64,000 nt of DNA from an uncultured delta proteobacterium (GCA_963817385.1 CAWFOM010000031.1:1-64000), one strand, 5' to 3'; positions 1-10,614 are shown, numbered from the stretch's first letter. Numbers and translations: made by a program. Notes: generated by a model not told the origin, from the sequence alone.

Positions 1-2
1 GG

Positions 3-899
3 GTGCACCTGGCCGGGATCATGACGGCCGACGGCATTGACCATATCCACGCCCCCTGGGCCGACGGCCCGGCTACCGCGGCCTGGGTGGCTTCCCGTCT
101 GAGTGGCATCCCCTTTAGCTTTTGCGCTCACGCCCAAGATATTTATCCCCCGGATGGGGCGCTGCTGGAGAAACTCTCGGCCGCGGCGTTTATCCGCACC
201 GAAAACCGGTCCAACCTGAGGTATCTGACCGGTTTGTTCCCCCAGACCGCCGGGAAGATGGTGAATATTTACCCCGGGGCGCCGCTGGCCAAGGCTCAGA
301 GGCAACCCATCCCGGCCCCTCCCCCCTTCCGCTTGCTGGCAGCGGGACGGTTCGTGCGCAAAAAAGGCTTCTCGCGGCTGCTGGAGGCTTGCCGGCTGCT
401 GGCGGAGCAAGGGGTGGATTTTCAGCTCACCTTGGCAGGAGATGGTCCGGAGCGTCCTCAGATTGTCAAGCTCCTGCGGGAATATAACCTGACAGAGCGG
501 GTGGAACTCCCCGGATTTGTGGCGCATCGGCAGATCTCGGGCCTTTTGCAGCAGGCCCACCTGTTCATCATGCCCAGTCTGGTGGCGCCTTCCGGGGACC
601 GGGACGGGATTCCGACGGTAATCTTGGAGGCCTTGCTGCATGAGGTGCCGGTGGTGGCCACGGAGGTTTCCGGAATTCCTGAGGTCGTGATCCCGGGAGA
701 TACGGGCTGGCTGACCCCCCCGGAGGACCCTCAGGCACTGGCGCGGGATATGCTTGCCGCCCTGTCTGACCCCACCGAGGCCCGGCGCCGGGCCCAGGCG
801 GGAGGGGCGCTGGTGGCCCGGGAATTCGACTCCAGAACGAATTACGGCCGCTTGAAGGCGCTTTTCGAGGGGGCTACCCGGCCGCGTTCTGCCGGATAG
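3..899 (+). CDS. Glycosyltransferase family 4 (WcaL-like), 5'-truncated at window edge
   Basis: HIHAPWA, FCAHAQDIY, GRFVRKKG and DRDGIPTVILEAL...PVVATEVSGIPE motifs typical of GT-B/GT4. Confidence 0.9.
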   Translation: MHLAGIMTADGIDHIHAPWADGPATAAWVASRLSGIPFSFCAHAQDIYPPDGALLEKLSAAAFIRTENRSNLRYLTGLFPQTAGKMVNIYPGAPLAKAQRQPIPAPPPFRLLAAGRFVRKKGFSRLLEACRLLAEQGVDFQLTLAGDGPERPQIVKLLREYNLTERVELPGFVAHRQISGLLQQAHLFIMPSLVAPSGDRDGIPTVILEALLHEVPVVATEVSGIPEVVIPGDTGWLTPPEDPQALARDMLAALSDPTEARRRAQAGGALVAREFDSRTNYGRLKALFEGATRPRSAG

Positions 900-988
900 C
901 GCCAAAGGACAAGGCGCGCCAAGTGAATAAAAAGGCTACGAATAATTAATGGATAAAACGGTGGAATGGGTTTAAAGGAGAGAGAAAA

Positions 989-1720
989 TTAAAATTTCCG
1001 TTGTGAGGAGCAAGCAGAGGGCATTTCATTAAAAGTACGACCATCAAGAATTCGTCCGGCTCTTTTTTTACTCGGCCCACCCCATTGTTTGAAGAAGAAA
1101 GGTATACGAAGCTTTAGGCATTTGTCACGAATATCTGACACCCAAGGCACTTTCATAATTCTGGCTTTAGGTCCAGATTCACCTCCTGCAATTACCCAGT
1201 CTATCCCTCTGAGATCGATATTCGCTAAAGACCCGATAAGAGGCTCACAAGATAAAAATTTAATGTTTGCTCCAATTTCTTTCAAGTGGTCCAAACGGAA
1301 ACTATAATCCTGATTTTCAATACTCACCCCCATCCAGATGTTCGGCAGCCAATTTAAAAGATGATTAAGTTCGAGAAGACGTTCAGACCTTTTAGTCAAT
1401 ATTTGAAAACAGTGCCAGTGAGCTTGTCGCATTATATTAAATATTTTATGAATAAAATCTAAAGGGACATCAGGGTGGAAAAGATCACTCATAGAATTTA
1501 CAAAGATAAACCTGGGTTTCTTCCAGCGAAGAGGTAGATCCAATAAATGCTCATGCAAAGTAAGGTTGAATTCATTGATGTAGTTGGGTTGCCCCATCGC
1601 TTTCAAACGTTTAGCCAAGCGCTCAGCATAACAGTTCATGCATCCCGGGCTAATTTTTGTGCATCCGGTTATCGGATTCCAAGATGATTCAGTCCATTCT
1701 ATCTTTGAATTCGAGGCCAT
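989..1720 (-). CDS. DUF5131 family protein (phage Gp37/Gp68-like, three-Cys motif)
   Basis: [80 protein letters not shown] at 1720 has AAGGTG upstream. As sequenced it is in frame with the upstream tcmP. Confidence 0.92.
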   Translation of the reverse strand: MASNSKIEWTESSWNPITGCTKISPGCMNCYAERLAKRLKAMGQPNYINEFNLTLHEHLLDLPLRWKKPRFIFVNSMSDLFHPDVPLDFIHKIFNIMRQAHWHCFQILTKRSERLLELNHLLNWLPNIWMGVSIENQDYSFRLDHLKEIGANIKFLSCEPLIGSLANIDLRGIDWVIAGGESGPKARIMKVPWVSDIRDKCLKLRIPFFFKQWGGPSKKRAGRILDGRTFNEMPSACSSQRKF

Positions 1721-2548
1721 TATTTGCACCTTATTCCTTCGGTAGTTATTAAAAATATCCACAATGATTTTGCCAGCCACGGGTTTTTGTGAGGCAAAAA
1801 ACAGATAATAAACTATGGCTTTCCGTGAATTTCGCATAGGTAATGGCTTCGGAACAAAACTAAACCCAGCTACATCTTTAAGGCGCTGCCGGAAACCCTC
1901 AGCTATAGTCTCATTATCTTCTTTTTCAGGATAACCAAAAAGATTTTTGTTGGTTGAATAAGCATTATTGCGCCATGAGTCATCCCCCCAAAAGGCGTTC
2001 ATTCTCTCTATGTCTGCCGGGTCAACCCCTTCAGGATTGCGCCAAAGGACATTTCTATTCATATCTGCAACGGGGAAATTAAGGAACATATCGATACTTT
2101 TCATTTCCCCTGCTGTTTTTATGACTTCCCAATTTAAATGAAGACCATAAGGATCAAGAAGGCAAAGCCCCCGGCGATAATTTTTATATAAGACTCGTGG
2201 AAATACATCACTTAATAGAATATCATTGCAGTCGCCTTGATATATAAAGACACTTTTCATCCCTTCGGAAAATTTGTTTAAAAGATCAACTTTCTCTTGT
2301 TTCAAGTCTATGAGATGGTACTCACGAAAAGGTGGATCAACCCTTAGGGCGTTTACCGGACTGCCAGGGATATAATCCTTTGTAGCCTTAGAGATATGCA
2401 CTCCAGCTCCAGCAAAGGCATCGATATAAATATGATAGAGTTTTGGCCGTTGTTGAGCTGTTAGAATCCTTGAGTAGGCGGAGGCGTAGTTTTTAATAAT
2501 GTTTAGTTTGATCTCTGACCATTCGCCTATTTCATCGAATTTAATCAT
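1721..2548 (-). CDS. tcmP: Three-Cys-motif partner protein TcmP (SAM-binding-like fold)
   Basis: [46 protein letters not shown]. Adjacent to DUF5131. No in-frame stop before the DUF5131 ATG as sequenced. Confidence 0.85.
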
Positions 2549-2594
2549 GATCTTTAAGCCCCTAATATGAAACCTATATCCTTGATTACAATAT

Positions 2595-2603
2595 ATTATA
2601 ACA
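2595..2603 (-). promoter_or_regulatory. Extended -10 promoter (TGtTATAAT) for tcmP
   Basis: Minus-strand TGTTATAAT about 47 nt upstream of the tcmP ATG, in AT-rich DNA. Confidence 0.5.
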
Positions 2604-2643
2604 AATATTTCGCGCGGTGTGCACCCTAACCAATGATCCCCGC

Positions 2644-3697
2644 TCAATAATCCAACTTTTTCTCGCGGATAAACTGCTCCACCAGGGCGAAGATCTCCTG
2701 GTTGCCGCAGAAGTTGCCGGCCTGAATGTTGTCGCGGCAGCGGTCCAGGTGGGTCTCGAAGGCGGGGATGATCTCCGGCCGGGGGTGAAAGCCGGTGAAA
2801 TACCGGCCGTATCCCAGCCGGTCGATATAAAAGGCGTTCAAAAATTGCTCGAAGGCGTTTTTGATGGGAAAGGAGATCACCGGCTTGCCGTAGTAACAGG
2901 GCCTCGGAGGTCAGGGTGTGGCTGCCGCCGCAGACCACGTAGCGGCAGGACGAGAGGTCGTCCAGGAAGCCGGCCTCGGAGTTTTTCTTGAAGATGAGGT
3001 TGCCTTCGGTGCGCGCCTCGTTAAAGCCGTAAACCATCACCGGGGAGGGGATGGCGCTCAGGAAGGGGAAAAAACGCTTGAAGGTGGTATAGCCCTGGTA
3101 GGCCACCACGTGGCCGCCCAGGCTGGGCCGGCGCTCGATGACGCTTTCCCGGAGGAGCGGCGGCAGAATTTTGGCCCGGACCCCGGGTTTCACCGGAGCC
3201 TGGAAAAAGGAGATCACCAGATAATCCGTGGCCCGGCTGAACAGGGAGGCCACGGCGTAGCTGGTGGAGAGATAACTGGGATACTGGGTCCAGGGGATCG
3301 GGTGGCGGCAGCAGGTGATGACGTGTTGATGGTCGATGGACAGGCAGGGGACTCCGGCCTGGCGAGACGCCTGGGGCAGGAAATACTCATAATCGGTCAT
3401 GGTCACGTCGGGTTGGAACCGGTCCATGAGGTCCAGAACCTGGCGCAGATAGCGGCGGGATTGACACCTGACCTTGAGGCTGGCGATGAGGGTGGCGATG
3501 ACGTCCACCCGATGGCCCTTGACCACCGTCGGCGGGTTGGGGCATTGCTCCACCGGGAATTCCTGCCCCAGGATGGCGGCCCCGGTGTCGTGGCTGAGAA
3601 AGAGAAACTCGTGCTCGGGAAAGTGCCGCGCCATGGTCAGGGCCCGCATAGCGTGGCCGTGTCCGATGCCGTGAACCCCATAGAGAATTCTGGCCAT
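2644..3697 (-). CDS. MJ1255/VC2487-type glycosyltransferase (GT28-like), frameshifted near 2895
   Basis: [43 protein letters not shown]. Removing one T near 2895 restores [21 protein letters not shown] and joins ORF 2644..2880. Confidence 0.85.
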
Positions 3698-3778
3698 GGC
3701 GTCAGGACCGGATAAGCCGGGGGGAGCCCGGGGTCAACCGGGGTAAGGGTAGCGTGATGTTTCTCTGAGCTGGATTCA

Positions 3779-4988
3779 TCAGGGGTTCCGTTCGGGTTCC
3801 GGTGTGAGGATAATTTTCTGCACCCTGCCGCCCCAGGTAACCTGGTAGGAGATGCCGTGCCAGGCGATGGTGCCGGGGCGCCAGGTTTGGATATAGCACC
3901 AACAGGCCATGAAAATGTTGGCATAAAAGGCCAGGAGCCAGGGTCCCAAGGGCGCCGGGTGGGGAATCAGGGTGCGGCACCAGGCCCCGATGCCGGTCAA
4001 GGTCAGCAAAAACCCCAGACTTATGAGGGCCAGGGGCGGAGGCACCAGGCCGACCACGCCCCCCAGACCGGCCAGGACCGCCAGAAGAATGGGCCCGGCC
4101 AGCACCCACACCACCAGCGCCGAGGCCAGCCAGATGCTGGGCAGGCAGTATTTCAGATACAGCAGTTGCCTGGTCAGCCAGGTGTTCCAGCCGGCCATGG
4201 TCTGACCGGCGAGATGGGTGTCCAGGATGGCGGTGGCCACGGGGACCGTCCGGATGCCGAACCGCAGCAGGCGCTGCCCCAGGGGAAAGTCGTCCAGCAC
4301 TTTTTGCCCCAGGACGCCGGCGATCCCATAAGCGTGGAAGGCGGACCGGAGCAGGGCGGTGGCCCCGCCCCAGGGCAGGGCGATGAAGGCAAAGCCGTGC
4401 AGCAGGTGCAGGGTCAACACCGTCTGGAGCATCCCCAGGGTCGGCACCCGGGCATCGCCGGGAATGATGCGGTGGAAACCGGAGGCCAGCACTGCGGCCC
4501 CGGTGACCAGGGGGTGAATGAGATCTCGGAGAAAGTTTGGCCGGGCCTGGTGCGTGCTGTCGCAAAACACCAAAATTTCCACGGAGTCGTCCAGGGCCCC
4601 GACCCCGGCCAGGATGTTGTGGTTCTTCTGGGAGCAGCCGGCCGCCGGGCCGCTGACGATGTGGCGGCTATGGGGGTGACGGGACAGCAAGGCCCGGACC
4701 AGGGGAGTGGCGGGGTCATTCGAGGTCCCGGGTGACCAGGACGGTTTCATAGTTGGGGTAGGGCTGGTTGAGCAGAGAGGTAAGGGCGGCCTCCATTTCC
4801 GGCGAGTTCCCGGTCAGGGGCACAATGAGGGCGACCCTGGGGTAGGCGGGCCAGGATTCGGCCGCCGGGGCTGAGCCCCCGGGGTCACACCCCGGAAAAC
4901 TCCGGCGCACATGCTGGCGGCTGTAGAGCAGCAGCACCAGCAGGAGCACTATCTCCAAGGCCATGGAGGCCAACATCAGGGTCGTCAA
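3779..4988 (-). CDS. Membrane glycosyltransferase, GT2/GT21 (HpnI/ceramide glucosyltransferase-like), frameshifted near 4719
   Basis: N-terminal TM, ALIVPLTG..SLLNQPYPNYE, CSQKNHNIL, FCDS, PWGG, LDDF, WLTRQ, C-terminal IAWHGISY. Confidence 0.8.
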
Positions 4989-5177
4989 TCAATTCCTCCT
5001 GGGGTCATACGACCCGGCCGGGGCGTCCCACCCTAAAATAAAAGGCCGGGCGCTTTGACCCAGCCAAGCCCCGTACGCTGAAAATCACTTACCAGATAGC
5101 CTTCAGGCCTGTCAAGGAAAATACCGGGCCCTCGGGGGGCAAGCCGGCGCCGGCATATACCCCCTAAGCTCTTAGTA

Positions 5178-6617
5178 TCAGGGTAATTTTCTCCCTCGGA
5201 GCCACCACCGCCCCCCCAGGATCAGGGTGGGCGCCAGGGCCAGGGCTTCGGTGACTTCCCGGGGCAGGCGACCGTCCCCCACCAGGTACAGCAGGGCGCC
5301 TAAAAGGACGGTGAGGCCCAACTGGAGCAGGGGGCGCCGGCGCATGAGCCCCAGACGCCGCTGGCAGAAAGCGACGGTCAGGACCGCCACCCCGCCCTTG
5401 GTGAGCACCATGGCCAGGGCCGCCCCCATGAGGGGCGCCCGGGGAATGACCAGGCTGCACCAGACCAGGTTGAAGGCCAGCCCGGCCAGGTAAAAGATCA
5501 GGAGCAGCCGCTGGAGCCGCATGCTGATCATGAGCAACGCCGCCAGGTTGTGCATAAAGGCAAAGATCACGGTCACCGACAGGAGCTTTTGCAGCCAGAA
5601 GGCTTCCGGGTATTTGGGGCCGTAAACCAGGGTGATGATGCGGTCGCTCTCGATGAACAGCACGAACATGAGCGCCAGGGCGACGGCCAGCAGCCAGCGG
5701 CTGGTGTTCTGGGCCAGTTGGGAGACTTTGTCGCGGTCCACCTCCCAGAGCTGGACGAAGAGCGGGAACAGGACGCTCTGGAGGAGCAGGCCGGAGACTA
5801 TGGCCGAAAGGCCGTCCACTATCTGCCAGGGAACGCTATACTGGGCCACTCCGGCCGCCCCGGCGTACTTCTGGAGGAAAAACAGGTTGGCCTTGTTGTA
5901 GATGATGGCCGAGACCTCGATGAGGGCAAACACCAGGCCCAGCCGCAGCAGGGAACCCAGCCGTCCCAGGGAAGGCCACTTGAAGCGGAAGTTCCCCCGG
6001 GAGCGCACCAGGTAAAAGCTGCCTCCCAGGTTGACCAGGCTCTCGATGAGCTTGAAGGCGGCTATCACCAGGGGTGCGGCGCCCAGGGCCAGGGCGATGA
6101 GGCCGTAGCCGAAGCCCAGGCCGGCCGCCACGACTTTGATCTTGCCCTGGAGGTCCTGTCGGCCCCGGACCTCCAAGGCCACAAAGAAAGAGTTGGACAA
6201 GGCCTCCAGCCCCAACCCGAGGCACAGCATGAACATGACCTGCTTGAGGGACCGGGAGTAGCCCTGCCACTCCATGAAGCCCACTACCCCGATGAGCGCC
6301 AGGACCAGCAGGACGCCTTTGAGGAGGGATACCTGGGTCAAGGCGGCGTCCGGGTCCCCGTCCTTGCGGGCCAGGAGGGACACCAGGGGCAGGTTGAGGC
6401 CAAATTCCGCCACCAACAGCAGGATACTCCCCAAACCCACGGCCAGCATAAACTCCCCGTAGGTGGTGGCACTGACCCGGGCCAGATAGATGAGGAAAAC
6501 CGCCTGCAAAGCCTCCCGGACCCAACGGGCGCTGAGCAGGTAGGCAAACTTCTGGAGGATGCGGGGAGGAGCGGACTCTTCCGGAATTGACGGGCTGGGG
6601 TTGCTTATGAGCATCAA
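5178..6617 (-). CDS. Polysaccharide flippase (Wzx/MOP family)
   Basis: About 479 aa, highly hydrophobic multi-TM, YLARV..YGEF..AEFGL pattern, among glycosyltransferase genes. Confidence 0.85.
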   Translation of the reverse strand: MMLISNPSPSIPEESAPPRILQKFAYLLSARWVREALQAVFLIYLARVSATTYGEFMLAVGLGSILLLVAEFGLNLPLVSLLARKDGDPDAALTQVSLLKGVLLVLALIGVVGFMEWQGYSRSLKQVMFMLCLGLGLEALSNSFFVALEVRGRQDLQGKIKVVAAGLGFGYGLIALALGAAPLVIAAFKLIESLVNLGGSFYLVRSRGNFRFKWPSLGRLGSLLRLGLVFALIEVSAIIYNKANLFFLQKYAGAAGVAQYSVPWQIVDGLSAIVSGLLLQSVLFPLFVQLWEVDRDKVSQLAQNTSRWLLAVALALMFVLFIESDRIITLVYGPKYPEAFWLQKLLSVTVIFAFMHNLAALLMISMRLQRLLLIFYLAGLAFNLVWCSLVIPRAPLMGAALAMVLTKGGVAVLTVAFCQRRLGLMRRRPLLQLGLTVLLGALLYLVGDGRLPREVTEALALAPTLILGGRWWLRGRKLP

Positions 6618-6809
6618 GGGACCGGCGTTGGCCTTAAGGTTGATTTTTGAAGCCCGGGGCCCCCATCAGGGAGCTTGCCGAAACTTCTTTTATACCAGAT
6701 ATTGCCGCCGCCGGTGCGGAAAAGTCGCCTGAGAGGCCGGCTGGGGCCAAAATTCCGGCCGGAACGCGGCCTTGGCCTTCAGGGGTTGGAAAACCGAAAA
6801 CGGTTTTAT

Positions 6810-7446
6810 CTACCAGAGCCGCCCGGACCGCCCTTCCTTTACCGCCAGGGCCAGGCCGTCGTGTTCCGGGGAGTGGCGGGGCAAAAAGCTCAGCAGGTGG
6901 ACGGCGCGCCAGGCGGGGTTTTCCATGATTTCCCGGTTAAAATCCGCCGCCCCGGAGAAGCCGACGTTGTCCGCCACCAGGAGGCCGCCCGAGCGCAGGA
7001 GCCGCCGGCAGAGGGACAGGGCCGGCAGGTAGGATTCCTTGTCGATGTCCAGGAAGATCAGGTCAAAGGTCTCAGACATCTCCGCCATCAACTTCAGGGC
7101 CTCCCCCACCCTGACCTCCACCACCTCGGTGAGCCCGGCCCGGGCGAAGTTGCCCCGGGCCCGGTTGGCCATGGCATTCGTCCAATTCCAGGGAAATCAC
7201 CCGGCCCGGTATCTGGGCGCAGGCCCGGCCCAGAAAGATGCCGGAATACCCGGTGGCGGTGCCCAGCTCCAGGATATTTTTCGCCCCGGTGGCCCGGGTC
7301 AGGACGAACAGCAGCTCCCCCACCACGGGGCCCACGATGGGGATGGACTCTCGCGTCGCCTCGGCTTCCAACTCCAGGAGCAAGGCGTCGCTGTCAGGCG
7401 CCAGGCCCCGGAAATAGCCTTCCAGATCGGGCATCATTTTGGTCAT
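6810..7446 (-). CDS. SAM-dependent O-methyltransferase (Methyltransf_3), frameshifted near 7178
   Basis: IPIVGPVVGELL, ILELGTATGYS, FDLIFLDIDKESY, GGLLVADN, split over two ORFs. Confidence 0.88.
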
Positions 7447-7568
7447 GGTCTCTCCTGCCTCTCCTGATAGGATAAGAGAATGCCTCGAATTTTTTCATCA
7501 GTTCGGTTACTATTATGGCAGGAAATTGGGGGGAGGGAAGGGAGGCTGCCCGGCCCCAACTGTCTTTC

Positions 7569-7794
7569 ATGCCGGGTCGCAATCAAACCGGTGGCACAGG
7601 CTTTCCAGCCTGTGCAGGCGCAGGCTAAACGGGCATGAGCCAAAAGTTTGTCTCACCCCCGGCGATGAAAAATCCCCCCTGCCCCCCTTTTCAAAGGCGG
7701 GTATTAAAGTCCCCCTTTGGAATAGGGGGATTTGAAGTTTCTTACGGTAAAGCCTGCGGCTACAATAAGTAGCTCTTTGACGGCAACGCGGTAT
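7569..7794. mobile_element. Nested MITE/REP composite
   Basis: Imperfect terminal IRs at 7569-7587 and 7776-7794 (14/19). Internal hairpin GCACAGGCT-TTCC-AGCCTGTGC. A second hairpin is split by an insert at 7630-7747 flanked by TAAA repeats. Confidence 0.6.
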
Positions 7795-7965
7795 CAGGGA
7801 ATCTCAAAAACCAGGCAATCGCCGCCGCGTGGACCATTGCACTGACCAGGAGCAGCCCCCGCAGCCTGGCAAAGGGCTCCCCCGGCGCATCCCGCAATAA
7901 TTGCGAAGCAAAACGATATTTATGGTAAAATTACTTGTTGATACAAGTCTGTGTAGAGGAGAAGC

Positions 7966-8386
7966 ATGGCGACAGAAAAGCTGAAACGCGCCAACCCCAT
8001 GACCTGGCTGCTATCCTCCACCAAGGAGCAAGCCAAAGATACGGGGATGGCCATGGTGTTGATTTGCCTGCTCCTGGGGTATTGGGGCAAGTTCCCCAAA
8101 TTTCTGCCCGTGAGCCTGGTGCTGCTTATCCTCACCATGGCCTGGCCCAACGCCTTCCGGCCCCTGGCGGTGCTCTGGTTCGGCCTTTCCCATCTCCTGA
8201 GCCAGCGTCATGTCCCGGGTTATCCTGACGGTGGTGTTCTTCCTGGTGGTCACTCCCATCGGGGTCATCCGGCGGTTATGCGGGGCCGATGCCCTGCAGT
8301 TGAAGAAATGGAAACAAGGCCGGGGCTCGGTGTTTGTGGTGCGGGAGGGACCCGTCCAGGGGAAAGATATGGCGAACCCGTATTGA
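7966..8386 (+). CDS. SxtJ family membrane protein, frameshifted near 8203
   Basis: KEQAKDTGMAMVLICLL..WFGLSHLL, then the shifted frame gives VMSRVILTVVFFLVVTPIGVIRRLCGADALQLKKWK..DMANPY. GAGGAG RBS. Confidence 0.85.
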
Positions 8387-8398
8387 AAGAAAGTTCCA

Positions 8399-8485
8399 CT
8401 CGTTCCCAAGTTGCACTTGGGAACGACATTGAATGCCAAGCTAAGCTTGGCGGGTAAGGCGTTCCCAAGTCCACTTGGGAACGAG
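8399..8485. repeat. REP-like palindrome doublet
   Basis: CGTTCCCAAGT-n-ACTTGGGAACG twice, around a central GCCAAGCT-A-AGCTTGGC hairpin. Confidence 0.8.
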
Positions 8486-8519
8486 AAACCGCCACGCCAG
8501 TATGTCAAGGAGTTGTACC

Positions 8520-8669
8520 ATGAATTTCTTTAAAGATTTGTGGGGTTTCCTCAAGGTCAGGAAAAAGTTTTGGCTGTTGCCCATCATCCTGACGCTGTTG
8601 TTTTTCGGCGCCTTGATGGTCTTTGCCAGCGGTTCGGCCATCGCCCCGTTCATCTACACCATCTTTTAA
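8520..8669 (+). CDS. DUF5989 (SxtK-like) small membrane protein
   Basis: MNFFKDLWGFLKVRKKFWLLPIILTLL..GSAIAPFIYTIF. AAGGAG RBS. Confidence 0.92.
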   Translation: MNFFKDLWGFLKVRKKFWLLPIILTLLFFGALMVFASGSAIAPFIYTIF

Positions 8670-8681
8670 GGGGATAACAGG

Positions 8682-10544
8682 TTGTCCGAAGCGATTCTCG
8701 GTCTCTCCGCCTTTTATCACGACAGCGCCGCCGCCCTCCTGGTGGACGGCCAGATCGTCGCCGCGGCCCAGGAGGAGCGGTTCACCCGCAAGAAGCACGA
8801 CCCGGCCTTCCCGGCCAACGCCCTGGCCTATGTCATGGCGGAGTCGGGTCTGAGGCTCTCCGACCTGAGCGCCGTGGCCTTCTATGACAAGCCCTACCTC
8901 AAGTTCGAGCGCCTGCTGGAGACCTACCACGGGTTTGCCCCCCGGGGGCTCCGGAGCTTTATCGCGGCCATGCCGGTGTGGATCAAAGAAAAGCTGATGA
9001 TGCGCACCATGCTCAAGGAAGAACTGGCCAAGGTGGGAGACGGGGACCCCCCCGTCCTCTTTCCGGAACACCACCTGTCCCACGCCGCCTCGGCGTTTTA
9101 TCCGTCGCCGTTTCCCGAGGCCGCCATCCTCACGGTGGACGGGGTCGGGGAATGGGCCACCTCCACCATCGGGTTCGGCCGGGGCCGCGAGCTCACCATC
9201 CTGCGGGAGCTCCAGTTTCCCCACTCCCTGGGCCTGCTCTATTCGGCCTTCACCTACTACACCGGCTTCAAGGTCAACAGCGGCGAATACAAGCTCATGG
9301 GGCTGGCCCCCTACGGCAATCCCGACGCCGAGCAGGTTCAGCGCTTTAAGTCCCTGATCCTGGACGAACTGGTGGACCTCAGGGAAGACGGGTCGCTGCT
9401 GTTGAACATGGATTATTTCGACTTCGCCACCGGCCTCACCATGTGCCGGGACGATAAGTGGGAATCCCTGTTCGGGGTGCCGCGCCGGGCCCGGGAGACC
9501 TTGCTGGACCAGCGGCACATGAACCTGGCCCTGGCCATCCAGCAGGCCACGGAAGAGATCGTGCTGCGTCTGGCGGAGACCGCTAAACAGCTCACCGGGG
9601 CCGACTACCTGGTGATGGCCGGCGGCGTGGCCTTAAACTGCGTGGCCAACGGCAAATTGATCCGCCGGGGCACCTTCAAAGACATCTGGATTCAGCCCGC
9701 CGCGGGCGACGCCGGCGGCGCCCTGGGCGCGGCCCTGGCGGCCTGGCACATCTGGCAGGGAAAGGCGCGCCCGGTGCCCAATCCCCAGATGGACAACATG
9801 GCCGGCTCCTACCTGGGGCCGGAATTCGGGGCCGATGACATCCTCCGGGTGGCCCGGCGGCACCGGGCCCCTTATCAGCACTACCCCGATTACGCTGACC
9901 TGGTCCGGGACGTGGCGGCCCTCCTGGCCCAGGGGCAGGTGGTGGGCTGGTTCCAGGGGCGGATGGAGTGGGGCCCCCGGGCCCTGGGCAACCGCAGCAT
10001 CCTGGGGGACCCCCGGCACCCGGAGATGCAAAAACGCCTCAACTTAAAAATCAAGTATCGGGAGGGTTTTAGGCCCTTTGCGCCGTCGGTGCTGCACGAG
10101 GAAACGGCCAACTACTTCGAACTGGACCGGCCGTCCCCCTACATGCTGCTGGTGGCGCCGGTCAATGAAGCGAGACGCAACCCCCTGCCCCCCGGCTATG
10201 ATAACCTGGAACTGTTTGACCGCCTCTACCACCTCCGGTCCGACGTGCCGGCCATCACCCACGTGGACTACTCGGCCCGCATCCAGACGGTGCACCGGGA
10301 GACCAACGAACGCTACTGGCTCCTGATCCGGGCCTTCAAGGAGCACACCGGCTGCGGCCTCATCGTCAACACCAGCTTCAACGTCCGGGGCGAGCCCATC
10401 GTCTGCACCCCGGAAGACGCCTACCAGTGCTTCATGCGCACCGAAATGGACTACCTGGTCATGGGCGACTACCGGTTCGACAAGCAGGACCAGCCTGCCT
10501 GGCAGGAAGCCAAAGACTGGCGCACGGAGTTTGAACTGGATTAA
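8682..10544 (+). CDS. O-carbamoyltransferase (NodU/CmcH/SxtI family)
   Basis: LGLSAFYHDSAAAL, AQEERFTRKKHD, EHHLSHAASAF, GEYKLMGLAPYG, AGGVALNCVANG, GPRALGNRS, NTSFNVRGEPIV. Confidence 0.96.
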   Translation: MSEAILGLSAFYHDSAAALLVDGQIVAAAQEERFTRKKHDPAFPANALAYVMAESGLRLSDLSAVAFYDKPYLKFERLLETYHGFAPRGLRSFIAAMPVWIKEKLMMRTMLKEELAKVGDGDPPVLFPEHHLSHAASAFYPSPFPEAAILTVDGVGEWATSTIGFGRGRELTILRELQFPHSLGLLYSAFTYYTGFKVNSGEYKLMGLAPYGNPDAEQVQRFKSLILDELVDLREDGSLLLNMDYFDFATGLTMCRDDKWESLFGVPRRARETLLDQRHMNLALAIQQATEEIVLRLAETAKQLTGADYLVMAGGVALNCVANGKLIRRGTFKDIWIQPAAGDAGGALGAALAAWHIWQGKARPVPNPQMDNMAGSYLGPEFGADDILRVARRHRAPYQHYPDYADLVRDVAALLAQGQVVGWFQGRMEWGPRALGNRSILGDPRHPEMQKRLNLKIKYREGFRPFAPSVLHEETANYFELDRPSPYMLLVAPVNEARRNPLPPGYDNLELFDRLYHLRSDVPAITHVDYSARIQTVHRETNERYWLLIRAFKEHTGCGLIVNTSFNVRGEPIVCTPEDAYQCFMRTEMDYLVMGDYRFDKQDQPAWQEAKDWRTEFELD

Positions 10545-10588
10545 ACCGCGGCGCCGGCCGCACCGGTTTTCTTCAATTTTTTTTTAAG

Positions 10589-10614
10589 AAGGGCGCACCC
10601 GTGGCGCCCTTTTG
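10589..10614 (+). terminator. Probable intrinsic terminator
   Basis: AAGGGCGC-acccgtg-GCGCCCTT hairpin followed by TTG, downstream of the carbamoyltransferase. Confidence 0.5.

Noticed and set aside
899..2051. 13-bp direct repeat GCGCCAAAGGACA at 899 and 2039
   Set aside because: The second copy is inside tcmP rather than at the island edge, and 13-mer matches are expected by chance in 64 kb.
989..3697. 902-aa glycosyltransferase-TcmP-DUF5131 triple fusion in the ORF track
   Set aside because: Created by the frameshift near 2895. The GT ends properly at 2644 in another frame, and the linker runs through promoter DNA.
7966..10544. Saxitoxin biosynthesis
   Set aside because: Only sxtI/J/K-like families are present. 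There is no sxtA/G/B or other core gene.
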